DNA of 38,921 nt from a virus (lineage: Duplodnaviria > Caudoviricetes): positions 1-38,921 of the IMG/VR virus record IMGVR_UViG_3300027612_000002; one strand, 5' to 3'. Below the pieces are notes generated by a model that saw only the letters and a program-made list of their open reading frames with translations, did no database searches and was not told the DNA's origin. This document shows, in pieces, positions 15,867 to 26,246 of this stretch; within the stretch, counting starts at the first letter, position 1; each line of letters starts with the position of its first letter. The position numbers were made by a program, and so were the translations under genes.

Positions 15867-16151
15867 ATGTCTATAAAAATATATGTCGCAAGCGATGGAA
15901 ACAGAATACAAGTGCCATCAAGCGCATCATTGATAGATTGGCCCGGATATACAGAGGAAGAAACCTCGCTGATTGATATGTCTATACAGGCCAGAGAGTG
16001 GAGGGATATACTTCTATCCGACACTGATTGGTGGGCTGTAGCAGACCGCCCGATGACCACAGATCAAGCGGATTACCGACAGGCGCTGCGTGACATCACA
16101 GGTCAGTCTGGCTTTCCAACCGACATTACTTGGCCCACAAAGCCTGAGTAA
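15867..16151 (+). CDS. Tail fibre assembly chaperone
   Basis: RDILLSDTDW..YRQALRDIT..GFP..WPTKP motif. Confidence 0.85.
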   Translation: MSIKIYVASDGNRIQVPSSASLIDWPGYTEEETSLIDMSIQAREWRDILLSDTDWWAVADRPMTTDQADYRQALRDITGQSGFPTDITWPTKPE

Positions 16152-16154
16152 ACA

Positions 16155-17690
16155 ATGGCAACACTAGAACAAATTAAACAGGCGGCAGAAACTGACTTGG
16201 TAACCTTCATCAAGTTGGTTGCCCCTGAACAAGTTCTAGGACAATGCCATGAGGATGTCTGTAACTGGTGGACACGGGAAGATCATAAGTCCCATCAGCT
16301 TCTTCTATTCCCACGGGACCACGGCAAGTCAAGATTAATAGCATTTCGTGTTGCTTGGGAGTTGACAAAGAATCCAGCATTGCGTATACTATACATATCT
16401 GCTACCGCTAACCTAGCGGAAAAACAACTAGGGTTTATCAAGGGTATCCTTACCTCAGAGATATACCGAAGGTACTGGCCTGAACACGTTCATGCTGACG
16501 AAGGAAAACGAACTAAGTGGACTAACTCAGAGATTATGTTAGACCACCCCTTAAGGAGGAAAGAAAATGTTAGAGACCCTTCGGTCTTCACTGGTGGTCT
16601 TACTACGTCACTTACAGGACTTCATTGCGACATTGCTGTCTTGGACGATGTCGTTGTGTACGAAAATGCTTACACAGGCGAAGGACGTAATAAAGTTAAA
16701 AGTCAATACTCTCTTCTCTCGTCTATCGAAGGGGCTGAAGCAAAAGAATGGGTCGTAGGTACCCGCTACCACCCAGCTGATCTATACAACGATTTGCTTC
16801 AAATGGTAGAAGATCAGTACGACGACAAGGGCGATAAGATAGGTGAAGACAACATCTATGAAGTTTTTGAAAAACCTGTAGAAGATTGTGGAGATGGCAC
16901 AGGTGAGTTTCTTTGGCCCCGTAGTCAACGTAAAGACGGTAAGTGGTTTGGCTTTGATCTAAAAATCCTAGCTAAAAAACGTGGGCAGTACCTCGACAAA
17001 GGACAGTTTAGAGCACAGTATTATAACGATCCGTCTGACCCAGACAACGTACCTGTAAGCCCAGACAAGTTCCAGTACTATGACCGTAAACATATCAAAG
17101 AGGATAACGGCTACCTTTACTACAGGGACAATCGCCTCAACGTATTTGCAGCGGTAGACTTTGCTTTCAGTCTAAGTAAACGGGCAGACTATACTGCGAT
17201 TGTTGTCGTAGGGATTGACTCAGATAATAACGTATACGTCTTAGACATTGACAGGTTTAAAACGGATAGGATTTCTGAGTACTTCGAACATATTCTTCAG
17301 CTATCCACTAAGTGGTCTTTCAGAAAACTAAGAGCGGAAACGACTGTTGCTCAGATGGCAATCGTTAGACAGCTTAAAGAATTAATTAAACAACATGGTC
17401 TGTCAATTAGCATCGACGAGTTTAGACCTAACAAAAGCCAAGGCAACAAGCAAGAGCGTATATCCTCTATCTTAGAACCTAGGTACGACAACATGAGTAT
17501 CTGGCATTACCGTGGTGGTAACTCTCAAATACTAGAAGAAGAACTATCGTCCCGTAACCCTGCACACGACGATGTGATAGATGCCCTCGCCTCAGTGGTA
17601 GACATGGCGGTAAAACCTGCACGATCAGTACGTCGGCATAAAAGTAATGTAGTGCAATTTAACTCAAGATTTGGTGGAGTTTCCTTCTAA
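16155..17690 (+). CDS. terL: Terminase large subunit
   Basis: Walker A PRDHGKS, Walker B IAVLDD, GTRYH, nuclease VDFA..ADYTA and HDDVIDA motifs. Confidence 0.93.
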   Translation: MATLEQIKQAAETDLVTFIKLVAPEQVLGQCHEDVCNWWTREDHKSHQLLLFPRDHGKSRLIAFRVAWELTKNPALRILYISATANLAEKQLGFIKGILTSEIYRRYWPEHVHADEGKRTKWTNSEIMLDHPLRRKENVRDPSVFTGGLTTSLTGLHCDIAVLDDVVVYENAYTGEGRNKVKSQYSLLSSIEGAEAKEWVVGTRYHPADLYNDLLQMVEDQYDDKGDKIGEDNIYEVFEKPVEDCGDGTGEFLWPRSQRKDGKWFGFDLKILAKKRGQYLDKGQFRAQYYNDPSDPDNVPVSPDKFQYYDRKHIKEDNGYLYYRDNRLNVFAAVDFAFSLSKRADYTAIVVVGIDSDNNVYVLDIDRFKTDRISEYFEHILQLSTKWSFRKLRAETTVAQMAIVRQLKELIKQHGLSISIDEFRPNKSQGNKQERISSILEPRYDNMSIWHYRGGNSQILEEELSSRNPAHDDVIDALASVVDMAVKPARSVRRHKSNVVQFNSRFGGVSF

Positions 17691-19435
17691 TGGCTGGAAC
17701 AACTATTGACATAGATCAGCTGATTGAGCCTCATGCTCTTGCATCAGATATTTCTGATCGTTGGACGAATTGGAATAACGCTCGTCAGACTAAGATTGAA
17801 GAGTGGAAAGAAGTCCGTAATTATATTTACGCAACAGATACTCGAACAACATCTAATAATAAACTGCCTTGGACTAACAGTACGACAACTCCCAAGCTAA
17901 CTCAGATTGCAGACAACCTTCACGCCAACTATTTCTCTGCGTTATTCCCTCAACAGAAATGGTTTAAGTTCGAAGCGCACGACGACGAAGGTAACGTAAA
18001 ACGTAAGCGTGATGTTATCCAAGCATATATGGATAACAAAGTACGTCAGTCAGATTTTGAAAACACTGTGAGTAAATTAATCAATGACTATATTCAATAC
18101 GGAAACTGTTTTGCAACCGTTGACTTCTCCCGTGATTATACTGAGTACGAAAACGGAGAACGTATTGTCAACTATATTGGACCTAAGCTTGTCCGTATCA
18201 GCCCCTTTGACATCTGTTTCAATCCTCTCGCCCCAAATTTCGGAGATAGCCCTAAAGTTATCCGTTCAATTCTAACCGTAGGGGAAGTTGCCCGTAAGGT
18301 AGATGAGACGGTAGACAACGACTACATGAAAGAAATTCTTGACAAGATGCTTGCCAATCGGTCAGCTATGTCAGGTCAAGATGTAGATACAAACAAGTCT
18401 CAAGCATACACAGCTGATGGCTTCTCCACTCTGCAAGAGTACTACGAGTCTAACTATGTAGAACTACTTACATTCTATGGGGACATCCATGACGCAGAAA
18501 CTGGTAAGTTCCACAAGAACCGTGTCATCACAGTTGTTGACCGTTCCTATGTATTGCTTAACGAACAGAACCCCAGCTGGTTAGGTAAAGCGTCTATCTT
18601 CCACGCAGGGTGGCGTGAGCGTCCAGACAACCTCTATGCAATGGGTCCACTAGATAATCTTGTCGGTATGCAGTACCGCATTGACCACCTAGAGAACCTG
18701 AAGGCAGATGTCTTCGATCAGATTGCTTATCCAATTATTAAGATCAGAGGTGACGTAGAAGACTTTGACTTCGAACCAGCTGCCCGTATATACATGGGTG
18801 AAGAAGGTGACGTAGGTTACTTAGCGCCTGACGCTACTGCACTCAACGCTGATTTTCAAATCCAGACTTTAGAAAATAAAATGGAAATGCTTGCAGGTGC
18901 GCCCCGTGAAGCTATGGGTATCCGCAGCGCAGGTGAGAAGACAGCCTTCGAAGTTCAACAGTTGATGACAGCCGCTGGACGTATCTTCCAACATAAGACT
19001 GCACACTTTGAGCGTGTCTTCTTAGAACCAATCCTTAACGCAATGCTTGAGGCAGCACGACGTAACATGGACTATGCAGATACAATTCGTGTTCTTAATG
19101 ATGACTCAGGTTTGTTTTTCTTCGAACAAATATCTAAAGAGGATATTATTGCTAACGGCAAGATAGTTCCTATGGGTGCTAGACACTACGCAGAACGTGC
19201 CAACCGTGTCCAGAACTTAACCCAACTCTACCAGCTAAAACTGTCTGATCCAACAATGGCGGCACACTTGTCTGGTAAAGAGTTCGCACGACTCTTGGCT
19301 GACGAACTTGGTGAACCTAAACTGTTCTCAGAAAACATAAGTGTTACAGAACAAATGGAAACACAACGTATGGCTACTGAAGCACAGGTTCAATTCGAGG
19401 AAGAACAACAAATCGCAATGGAACAAGGATTGTAA
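17690..19435 (+). CDS. Portal protein
   Basis: 581 aa, directly after terL; RISPFDICFNP, YAMGPL and KTAFEV motifs. Confidence 0.88.
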   Translation: MAGTTIDIDQLIEPHALASDISDRWTNWNNARQTKIEEWKEVRNYIYATDTRTTSNNKLPWTNSTTTPKLTQIADNLHANYFSALFPQQKWFKFEAHDDEGNVKRKRDVIQAYMDNKVRQSDFENTVSKLINDYIQYGNCFATVDFSRDYTEYENGERIVNYIGPKLVRISPFDICFNPLAPNFGDSPKVIRSILTVGEVARKVDETVDNDYMKEILDKMLANRSAMSGQDVDTNKSQAYTADGFSTLQEYYESNYVELLTFYGDIHDAETGKFHKNRVITVVDRSYVLLNEQNPSWLGKASIFHAGWRERPDNLYAMGPLDNLVGMQYRIDHLENLKADVFDQIAYPIIKIRGDVEDFDFEPAARIYMGEEGDVGYLAPDATALNADFQIQTLENKMEMLAGAPREAMGIRSAGEKTAFEVQQLMTAAGRIFQHKTAHFERVFLEPILNAMLEAARRNMDYADTIRVLNDDSGLFFFEQISKEDIIANGKIVPMGARHYAERANRVQNLTQLYQLKLSDPTMAAHLSGKEFARLLADELGEPKLFSENISVTEQMETQRMATEAQVQFEEEQQIAMEQGL

Positions 19436-19436
19436 A

Positions 19437-19562
19437 ATGCCTTATCAAAACGGAACAAAGACGCCCTATGGTAAGGGCGCTAAGAAAAAAGAACCTACGA
19501 CTACTAAGACATCTGTAGTTGTAAAGAATAAAGTTAAATGTATGTGTGGATGTGGAGGTTAG
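19437..19562 (+). CDS. 41 aa basic peptide ending KCMCGCGG
   Basis: ATG 1 nt after the portal stop; AAGGA upstream. Confidence 0.55.
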   Translation: MPYQNGTKTPYGKGAKKKEPTTTKTSVVVKNKVKCMCGCGG

Positions 19563-19563
19563 T

Positions 19564-19617
19564 ATGGGCTACGGAATGAAGAAACCGACCAAGAAAAAAC
19601 CAATTAAAAAGAAATAA
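19564..19617 (+). CDS. 17 aa Lys-rich peptide MGYGMKKPTKKKPIKKK
   Basis: GGAGG 5 nt upstream; stop abuts the next ATG. Confidence 0.55.
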   Translation: MGYGMKKPTKKKPIKKK

Positions 19618-19860
19618 ATGAAATCCCACTGGTTCAAACAATGTAAGACTAAAGAAGAAAAGACTAAGGTTAAACAGGCTATTCTTTCAAACCAAGAAAG
19701 CCTCATCCGTCTTGAACATATTCTTGAGTCATTACTAAAAGATACCCCTTCGACAGCTGACTATGATAGTCCGTCATGGGCGTATAAGGAAGCTGATCGT
19801 ATCGGCTATAACAGGGCGCTAAACCTAGTGCTCGACATAATCAACTTAGATAAGGAATAA
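19618..19860 (+). CDS. Conserved-looking hypothetical protein between portal and scaffold
   Basis: DYDSPSWAYKEADRIGY motif. Confidence 0.75.
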   Translation: MKSHWFKQCKTKEEKTKVKQAILSNQESLIRLEHILESLLKDTPSTADYDSPSWAYKEADRIGYNRALNLVLDIINLDKE

Positions 19861-19862
19861 CA

Positions 19863-20633
19863 ATGGTATTTTCTGACAGTGCTGCAACCGCACAGACTGA
19901 ACAGGTAACAGAGCAAACGCAAACTGAAACCCCACCACAGGAATCTTTTTTGCAGAAACTCGTCGAGGCGAAGGGAGAGAATTGGAGAGACCCTGAAACT
20001 TTAGCTAAAGGTAAACTTGAAGCAGATGGTTACATAAAGACCCTAGAGGATCAATTAAACCAGATGCGAGAGGACATCAAGAAGCAAGACTATCAGGCCC
20101 AAATTCTTGAACAATTGCAGAACAAGGCTACTGACTCTACCACAGTAGAAACTGCAATGCCTAATAATAATGGTAGCACAGAGACACAGAACACCACTGC
20201 GAGTCTTAGTGAGAACGATCTTGAAAGCCTTGTTGAGAAGACGCTGGTTAAACGTGAGAAGGACTCTGTTGTAAAACAAAACCTTTCACAAGTAGATCAA
20301 GAGTTAGTTAATTCTTTCGGAACTGAAGCGGAAGCTAAGGTACGAGAGAAGGCCCAAGAGTTAGGTATGTCTATGGAACGCTTGCGTGACATTGCAGCTG
20401 AGTCTCCCACCGCTTTCTTTTCTCTTATCGGTCAACCCCAGAAAACCTTTAACCCTATGGTTCAAGGTTCTGTTCGTACCGAAGGTGTCAACATGCAAGC
20501 CTCGAATGTACGCAATTGGCAATACTACCAAAGCTTACGTCGGGAAAACCCTAATCAATACTATACACCCAAAGTCCAACAACAGCTTATGCAGGACAAA
20601 GTAAAAATGGGTGACAAGTTCGGAAACACTTAG
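19863..20633 (+). CDS. Capsid scaffolding protein
   Basis: Acidic coiled-coil protein immediately upstream of the major capsid gene. Confidence 0.75.
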   Translation: MVFSDSAATAQTEQVTEQTQTETPPQESFLQKLVEAKGENWRDPETLAKGKLEADGYIKTLEDQLNQMREDIKKQDYQAQILEQLQNKATDSTTVETAMPNNNGSTETQNTTASLSENDLESLVEKTLVKREKDSVVKQNLSQVDQELVNSFGTEAEAKVREKAQELGMSMERLRDIAAESPTAFFSLIGQPQKTFNPMVQGSVRTEGVNMQASNVRNWQYYQSLRRENPNQYYTPKVQQQLMQDKVKMGDKFGNT

Positions 20634-20646
20634 AAAGGACTAGCAA

Positions 20647-21621
20647 ATGGCTGGTATGATTTCCTCCAACACGGACATGCAACGCTTGATCCGTGCTGAG
20701 GTTTACTCCTCAGAACTTAAAGAAATCCTTCGTGACGAAATGATGGCACAGTCCGTCGTTCGTATGTTGGATGGATTCCCAGATGGTGACACATTCACTA
20801 TCCCAACCATCGGTGAAACAACTGTAGCAGACTACACTGAAGATGCTGCCGTTTCATACGTTCCAATGGATACAGCTGAGTTCCAATTCAGCATCGACAA
20901 GTATCTGCAATCTGCTTCTTACATCACCAAGAAGGCTGCACAGGATTCGTTCTATTCAGCACAACTTGAAGCACGTTTTGTTCCAGAACAAGCCCGTGCG
21001 ATTATGGAGCATTTTGAATCCACCACTATGGCTGCACCAGAAGTCGGCGTATCTGCAAACTCCGCAGAAACACTTGACGGGGCAGCGCACCGTATCTCCG
21101 GTGGTAATGCTGGTAAGTTGGAACTTGCTGACTTCGCATATGCACGTTACGCATTGAAGAAGTCTAAAGTTGCAGACCGTGGTTTGGTTGCTATTGTGGA
21201 CCCATCCGTAGAGTACCAACTCAACACATTGACTAACTTGACCAACGTGTCAAACAACCCAATGTTCGAAGGTATTGTACGCGACGGTATTGCAACAGGT
21301 ATGCGTTTCGTAGCTAACGTCTATGGCTTCGATGTATACACATCCAACTACTTGAAGAAAACTGTTGCTGATGCTGCACTCTTGGAAAAAGATGGCACAA
21401 CAGCTAACGACTTCTCTTCAAATAACGGTGTTGCAAACTTGTTCTTCTCAGCTGACGCAGGTTCTAACCCATTCGTGGGTGCATGGCGTCAAATGCCTGA
21501 GGTAGACTACGAGTACAACAAAGACTACCAACGTCATGAGTATGTAACTACTTCTCGTTATGGTGTCAAGAAGTACCGTCCAGAAGGTATCGTTACAATC
21601 GTATCCGATCCCGACGTATAA
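20647..21621 (+). CDS. Major capsid protein
   Basis: 324 aa; GDTFTIPTIG, FSIDKY and YGVKKYRPE; strong RBS; followed by a terminator. Confidence 0.9.
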   Translation: MAGMISSNTDMQRLIRAEVYSSELKEILRDEMMAQSVVRMLDGFPDGDTFTIPTIGETTVADYTEDAAVSYVPMDTAEFQFSIDKYLQSASYITKKAAQDSFYSAQLEARFVPEQARAIMEHFESTTMAAPEVGVSANSAETLDGAAHRISGGNAGKLELADFAYARYALKKSKVADRGLVAIVDPSVEYQLNTLTNLTNVSNNPMFEGIVRDGIATGMRFVANVYGFDVYTSNYLKKTVADAALLEKDGTTANDFSSNNGVANLFFSADAGSNPFVGAWRQMPEVDYEYNKDYQRHEYVTTSRYGVKKYRPEGIVTIVSDPDV

Positions 21622-21626
21622 AATGT

Positions 21627-21654
21627 AAAGGGTGGCCCTTCGGGGCCATCTTTT
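21627..21654 (+). terminator. Intrinsic terminator after the major capsid gene
   Basis: GGTGGCCC-TTCG-GGGCCATC followed by TTTT. Confidence 0.9.
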
Positions 21655-21657
21655 CTC

Positions 21658-21686
21658 TTGACAAAAGTTATTATGTACCTTATAAT
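21658..21686 (+). promoter_or_regulatory. Perfect-consensus sigma70 promoter for the tail genes
   Basis: TTGACA-17 nt-TATAAT immediately after the terminator. Confidence 0.88.
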
Positions 21687-21712
21687 AGCTTTAACACTGG
21701 CAGAGGTTCCTA

Positions 21713-22276
21713 ATGGCTAACGTAAATCATTCTACTCTAACTGATCCTTACTTACACGAACCTAAGGGTATCGCAAGTGCAGGAGCAGGTAACGTATATA
21801 TCTCTAATGGTGCGGGTTCTGGAACATGGACTAAAGATCATGCTCATGTTAATGGTTATATACCCTTTGACTCTACCACTCCTGCGTATACACACAGTGT
21901 GACAACAAGTTTTACAGCGTTTAACCCAACATTTACAACAAATAATGTTGATGGGTTTACTTCTGCAAGTTCCCCTAATGCTCGTTTAATCTATTCAGAT
22001 AGTAATACTTTAACTGGATTTTGTACCTTTACGATTAACTTTAAAAACGCTTCTGGTACGGCAAGAGACCTTGAAATGGTTTTCTACAAAAATGGTGTGG
22101 CGACACCATCCCATACTATTAACACAGCTGAGGCAGGTGAGTGGCGTACATCAGTGCTAACGGATGTTCTAACACTAGCCCAAAATGATTACATAGAAAT
22201 TTTTGTAAAAGGTAGTGGTGCCTTCTCCCTTGGAGTTGCGTCTGCCTCATTGACTATACGAGGAGTACCCTCCTAA
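21713..22276 (+). CDS. Virion structural protein (possible head fibre or decoration)
   Basis: LHEPKG N-terminal motif; beta-rich C-terminus; position. Confidence 0.6.
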   Translation: MANVNHSTLTDPYLHEPKGIASAGAGNVYISNGAGSGTWTKDHAHVNGYIPFDSTTPAYTHSVTTSFTAFNPTFTTNNVDGFTSASSPNARLIYSDSNTLTGFCTFTINFKNASGTARDLEMVFYKNGVATPSHTINTAEAGEWRTSVLTDVLTLAQNDYIEIFVKGSGAFSLGVASASLTIRGVPS

Positions 22277-23001
22277 TGAAAACCACTCTCCTTCAGATAG
22301 TACAGTCCATTCTTTCTGATATGGACTCAGAAGATGTCAACAGTCTTTCAGATACAATCGAAGCGCAGCAAGTAGCTTCTGTTGTCGAGGACACCTACTA
22401 CAATATCGTATCTGCAAGGTACATCCCTGAACATAATGCTCTCCTTAGAATTACTTCTTTAAATGACTCGTCTAAACCAACTCACTTTAGGTACCCTAGT
22501 AATGTTAAAAGCCTAGAGCGGCTTGAGTATAATATAGGTACGGTTGCTAACAACAACTATAGAGAAATACTCTTCCTCGAACCAGCTGAGTTTCTTGACC
22601 GTATGAATGAAAACGGTCTTAAGGTTTACTCAGTAGTTAACGGAGTAGACTTGTTTGTGTCTACAGACCGACCACCTACTTACTATACATCCTTTGATGA
22701 TAACAACATCATCATGGACTCATACGACAGTTCTGTAGAGTCCACACTAGGTGAGTATAAAGTAAGAGCATACGGACAGAGTATGCCAGCTTTCAGTCAG
22801 ACGGACTCCTTTGAGCCTGACCTAGACAATACACTTATGCCTTTGCTTCTCGCTGAGTCTAAGTCAACTTGTTTCTCATTGTTCAAGGGTGGATCAGACC
22901 CTAAAATAGAACAAGCAGCCCGACGGTTGAAGTCTTACATCCAGAACGATCAATTTAAAATTCGCAAATCTAACAAGCGGAACAGCTACGGAAGAACCTA
23001 A
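22276..23001 (+). CDS. Tail adaptor (tail tubular protein A-like)
   Basis: TLLQIVQSIL..VNSL..EA N-terminus; size and position. Confidence 0.7.
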   Translation: MKTTLLQIVQSILSDMDSEDVNSLSDTIEAQQVASVVEDTYYNIVSARYIPEHNALLRITSLNDSSKPTHFRYPSNVKSLERLEYNIGTVANNNYREILFLEPAEFLDRMNENGLKVYSVVNGVDLFVSTDRPPTYYTSFDDNNIIMDSYDSSVESTLGEYKVRAYGQSMPAFSQTDSFEPDLDNTLMPLLLAESKSTCFSLFKGGSDPKIEQAARRLKSYIQNDQFKIRKSNKRNSYGRT

Positions 23002-23300
23002 TGATTGAATATGACCATGACACAGCCAACCAACACTGTGTCTGTAAGTCAGATAAATTACTTACAGATGTTATTATCGAAAAAGAAGCAGGTGGGTACA
23101 GGTTCTTTACTTTAAGATACACAAAAGGCAAGACACCTCAAGAACTATCTGGACGTTACACAACCATATCCTCTGCCCAAAGCCACTTAGAAAAGTACTT
23201 GCGGAAGCAGCCAGTATCTAAAACTAAGCGAGTACGGGAACACGCAGACGAAAGAAAGAAACAACGTAATGCCGCAAAGTCTGAATCAGAAAGCAGTTAA
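23001..23300 (+). CDS. Hypothetical protein
   Basis: 99 aa, TAATG-coupled; PQELSGRYT motif. Confidence 0.7.
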   Translation: MIEYDHDTANQHCVCKSDKLLTDVIIEKEAGGYRFFTLRYTKGKTPQELSGRYTTISSAQSHLEKYLRKQPVSKTKRVREHADERKKQRNAAKSESESS

Positions 23301-25413
23301 TACATTTGTCAGAGGTTTAATTACTGAAGCAGGTGAACTAACATTTCCTGAGGGTGCCTCTGTAGATGAACTTAACTGTGACCTACGCAGAGAGGGTTCT
23401 CGCCGTAGACGTTTAGGCGCGTCTTATGAGGAAAGCCACGTACTTTCTACATTTACTGTATCTGACACTGACTTAGTAGCCACTGGTACATGGGCAAACG
23501 TAGGTGGTTCAGGTGACCTAGAGTTCCTTGTTATTCAAAAGGGGACTATTCTTTACTTCTATAACAAAGGTGAACTACCTTATTCAGGGCAACAAGAGGC
23601 CAACTCAATTGACCTGTCTACTTACGAGTACGCAGGTTCAGCTGGGGCAGAAACTGAAAAGTGCCAGTTCACCAGCCTTAAAGGGAACCTTATCGTTTCT
23701 TCTAAGGCTATCAACACAATAGCTATCGCCTACAATTCAGGAGCCTTAACAGCCTCTCAGATTGAGTTTAAGGTTAGAGACTTTGAGTGGCAAGGTGACA
23801 CTTCAACTTACTACGAAGACGATTCAACCCCAAGTCAGGACCGTAAGTACGATGCACAAAATTCAGGTTGGAACACCGGAAACCCTGCGCCTACAACCTT
23901 AACTAAACGTCTGACTCACCCGTGGTACTCCGGTAAAGATTCAAGTGGTAACTACAGTGAAAGTGAGTTTAACAAGGTATACCAAGGTACAACCTTAACA
24001 GGCAACGGACACTACATTTTAAATTTCTTTGAAAAAGCCCGTGGCACAATTTCAAATCTAACAGGCTTAACTAAAATGTCTGAGCCTGAAACAAGTCGGT
24101 TCCGTTGTGTCGCTTCCTTCTCTGGTCGTGTGTTCTATGCTGGTCTAGATAGTAGCCGTAACGCAGGTACAATCCTCTTCTCAAAACTGGCAGATACTAT
24201 CGGTGACTTAGGTACCTGTCACCAACAAAACGATCCTACAGGTGAGGATATTTCTGACCTTCTCGCTACGGACGGTGGTGAAATCCGTATACCTGATGCT
24301 GTAAAAATTCAAAGATTGTACGCCTTCCAAAACTCTCTCTTTGTATTTGCTGAGAATGGTGTCTGGCAGATCACAGGATTAGACGGTGTTTTTACAGCTG
24401 ACGCTTTTTCTGTCAACCGTGTATCTCGCGTGGGTATACTGTCACCAGAAACTTTTGTTGAAGCAGAAGGTACTCCTTTCTGGTGGTCCTACTACGGCAT
24501 ACATACCCTACAGACTGACCCAGTGTCAGGGCAGGGTCAAGAGCAAAACCTCAGCCTTCCCTCAATTCAAAGCTTTTGGGACAAAATTGGTAGTGACGAG
24601 AAACTTAAGGTTACAGCTGCGTATGATAACATTAACAGACGTATCTACTGGGCTTACCCTGACGCAGACGAAACTGTTGCGTCCAAGTTAAATAACTTTT
24701 TAATCCTTGACATTCCCCTCCAAGCATTTTACCCGTGGAAGATTAGCGACCAGTCATCGAACACTGATTGTGTAGTAGGTATGTCTTTCTACACAGGGTA
24801 CGGTGCAACCGATCTTGCGTTGGACGTTACTGCAAACAATGGCGCAGATGATGTTGTCTTATCAAACGGTGACGATGTTGTCAACACCCGTATATCTTCT
24901 TTCACCACAGGTGATCCGGCTATCATTCTAATCTGCCGTGATGGGGACACAAACAAGCTAACTATGGGTGGCTTCACAGGTTTAAGTTTCTTAGATTGGG
25001 GTACAACAAACTACGTATCTTTTGCAGAAACTGGGCATGACTTTATCGGAGACCTTGTAACTAAGAAGTCAGCACCTTACATTGTAACTAACTGCCGACT
25101 AACTGAGACAGGTTTTACAGGTACAGAACTGGCTGGTTATGAAGCTATAAGACCATCATCACTTACGGTATCCGTTGCGTGGGACTTTAACAAAAACTTT
25201 GGCACAGCACAGCAAGTATACCGTCATAAATTTCCTATCGTAGTTGACCCTAACAACATCAACAGCTTTCCCTACCCTGAGAAAGTAATCACAACCCGAT
25301 TGAAGATGCGTGGGACAGGTCGTTCTATGAGACTACGTTACGAAAGTCAAACAGGTAAGGATTTTAACCTTTTGGGTTGGGGTATTATCCAAGGCCGTAA
25401 CCCAAGGTTCTAA
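23269..25413 (+). CDS. Tail nozzle (tail tubular protein B-like)
   Basis: 714 aa beta-rich; FVRGL, SGRVFYAG and LFVFAENGVW motifs. Confidence 0.8.
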   Translation: MPQSLNQKAVNTFVRGLITEAGELTFPEGASVDELNCDLRREGSRRRRLGASYEESHVLSTFTVSDTDLVATGTWANVGGSGDLEFLVIQKGTILYFYNKGELPYSGQQEANSIDLSTYEYAGSAGAETEKCQFTSLKGNLIVSSKAINTIAIAYNSGALTASQIEFKVRDFEWQGDTSTYYEDDSTPSQDRKYDAQNSGWNTGNPAPTTLTKRLTHPWYSGKDSSGNYSESEFNKVYQGTTLTGNGHYILNFFEKARGTISNLTGLTKMSEPETSRFRCVASFSGRVFYAGLDSSRNAGTILFSKLADTIGDLGTCHQQNDPTGEDISDLLATDGGEIRIPDAVKIQRLYAFQNSLFVFAENGVWQITGLDGVFTADAFSVNRVSRVGILSPETFVEAEGTPFWWSYYGIHTLQTDPVSGQGQEQNLSLPSIQSFWDKIGSDEKLKVTAAYDNINRRIYWAYPDADETVASKLNNFLILDIPLQAFYPWKISDQSSNTDCVVGMSFYTGYGATDLALDVTANNGADDVVLSNGDDVVNTRISSFTTGDPAIILICRDGDTNKLTMGGFTGLSFLDWGTTNYVSFAETGHDFIGDLVTKKSAPYIVTNCRLTETGFTGTELAGYEAIRPSSLTVSVAWDFNKNFGTAQQVYRHKFPIVVDPNNINSFPYPEKVITTRLKMRGTGRSMRLRYESQTGKDFNLLGWGIIQGRNPRF

Positions 25414-25712
25414 TGCAAGCACAGTCCAAAAGCTTAAATGGTATCAGAGGTTCTTGCTTTGATATTCGTTTAGAGTACAACAAAGAATATGTCATCGTAC
25501 ACCTACCAATTGTAGAAAAGATGAGCAAAGGTACTTTTATAGAGATGTCCTATCTACTCGAAGACTGGGCAGGTTTCTTTAAAACAGCTGGCTATAAAGG
25601 TCTGTACGCTGTAGTATCTCCTAAAAGTAAAGCTGAGAAACTAGCGTCTATGTTGAAGTTCGTTTATCTTGGCGAGTACGAAAAAAATCATATCATGGTA
25701 TATAAGGATTAA
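25413..25712 (+). CDS. Hypothetical protein at the T7 gp13 position
   Basis: 99 aa, TAATG-coupled; synteny only. Confidence 0.6.
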   Translation: MQAQSKSLNGIRGSCFDIRLEYNKEYVIVHLPIVEKMSKGTFIEMSYLLEDWAGFFKTAGYKGLYAVVSPKSKAEKLASMLKFVYLGEYEKNHIMVYKD

Positions 25713-25715
25713 GTT

Positions 25716-26231
25716 ATGGGTCCAGCTTTACAGGTAATAGGATTAGTCGTCGGTTTCGTTGGCTACCAACGTCAACAAGATGCTATGGCACGGGCTGAAG
25801 AAGCCTCGTTAAAGGCAGCTGATTCTCAGAAGCAAGCTATCGCAGCACAGCAAGAGCAACAAGACTTAGCTGCCCGAAGAGAACGTCGGCAAGCTGTTCG
25901 GCAAAGTATAATACTTAGACAAAGACAAGCGGCTCAAATGCAGGGCGCAGGTGTTGGTGAAACTTCTGCCGCAGGTGGGGTTAGATCAAGTGTAAGTTCA
26001 CAGGTAGGTGGCAACTTAGGGTTCAGTTCTCAAATGTCAGGACTAGGTCAAAGGTTCTCTCAAGCTTCTATGAACGCGGCTACCTTTAATGCACAGGCTG
26101 GCATCTTCCAGCAACAGGCTCAATCAGCAGGTCAACTCTCAGGAGCGGGTTTCAGTATGTTTAGTTCCTTCGGCGGGACTAATTTTAGTGGACCGGGTAC
26201 ACCGTCTATTTTTAAAGGCTTGGTTACTTAG
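25716..26231 (+). CDS. Internal virion (ejection) protein, gp14-like
   Basis: Hydrophobic N-terminus; Ala/Gln/Gly-rich helical body. Confidence 0.7.
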   Translation: MGPALQVIGLVVGFVGYQRQQDAMARAEEASLKAADSQKQAIAAQQEQQDLAARRERRQAVRQSIILRQRQAAQMQGAGVGETSAAGGVRSSVSSQVGGNLGFSSQMSGLGQRFSQASMNAATFNAQAGIFQQQAQSAGQLSGAGFSMFSSFGGTNFSGPGTPSIFKGLVT

Positions 26232-26246
26232 AACTGGAAAATAAAT

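Noticed and set aside
20647-21660. T7 10B-style frameshift extension of the capsid protein
   Set aside because: No slippery site noted, and a terminator follows the stop within a few bases
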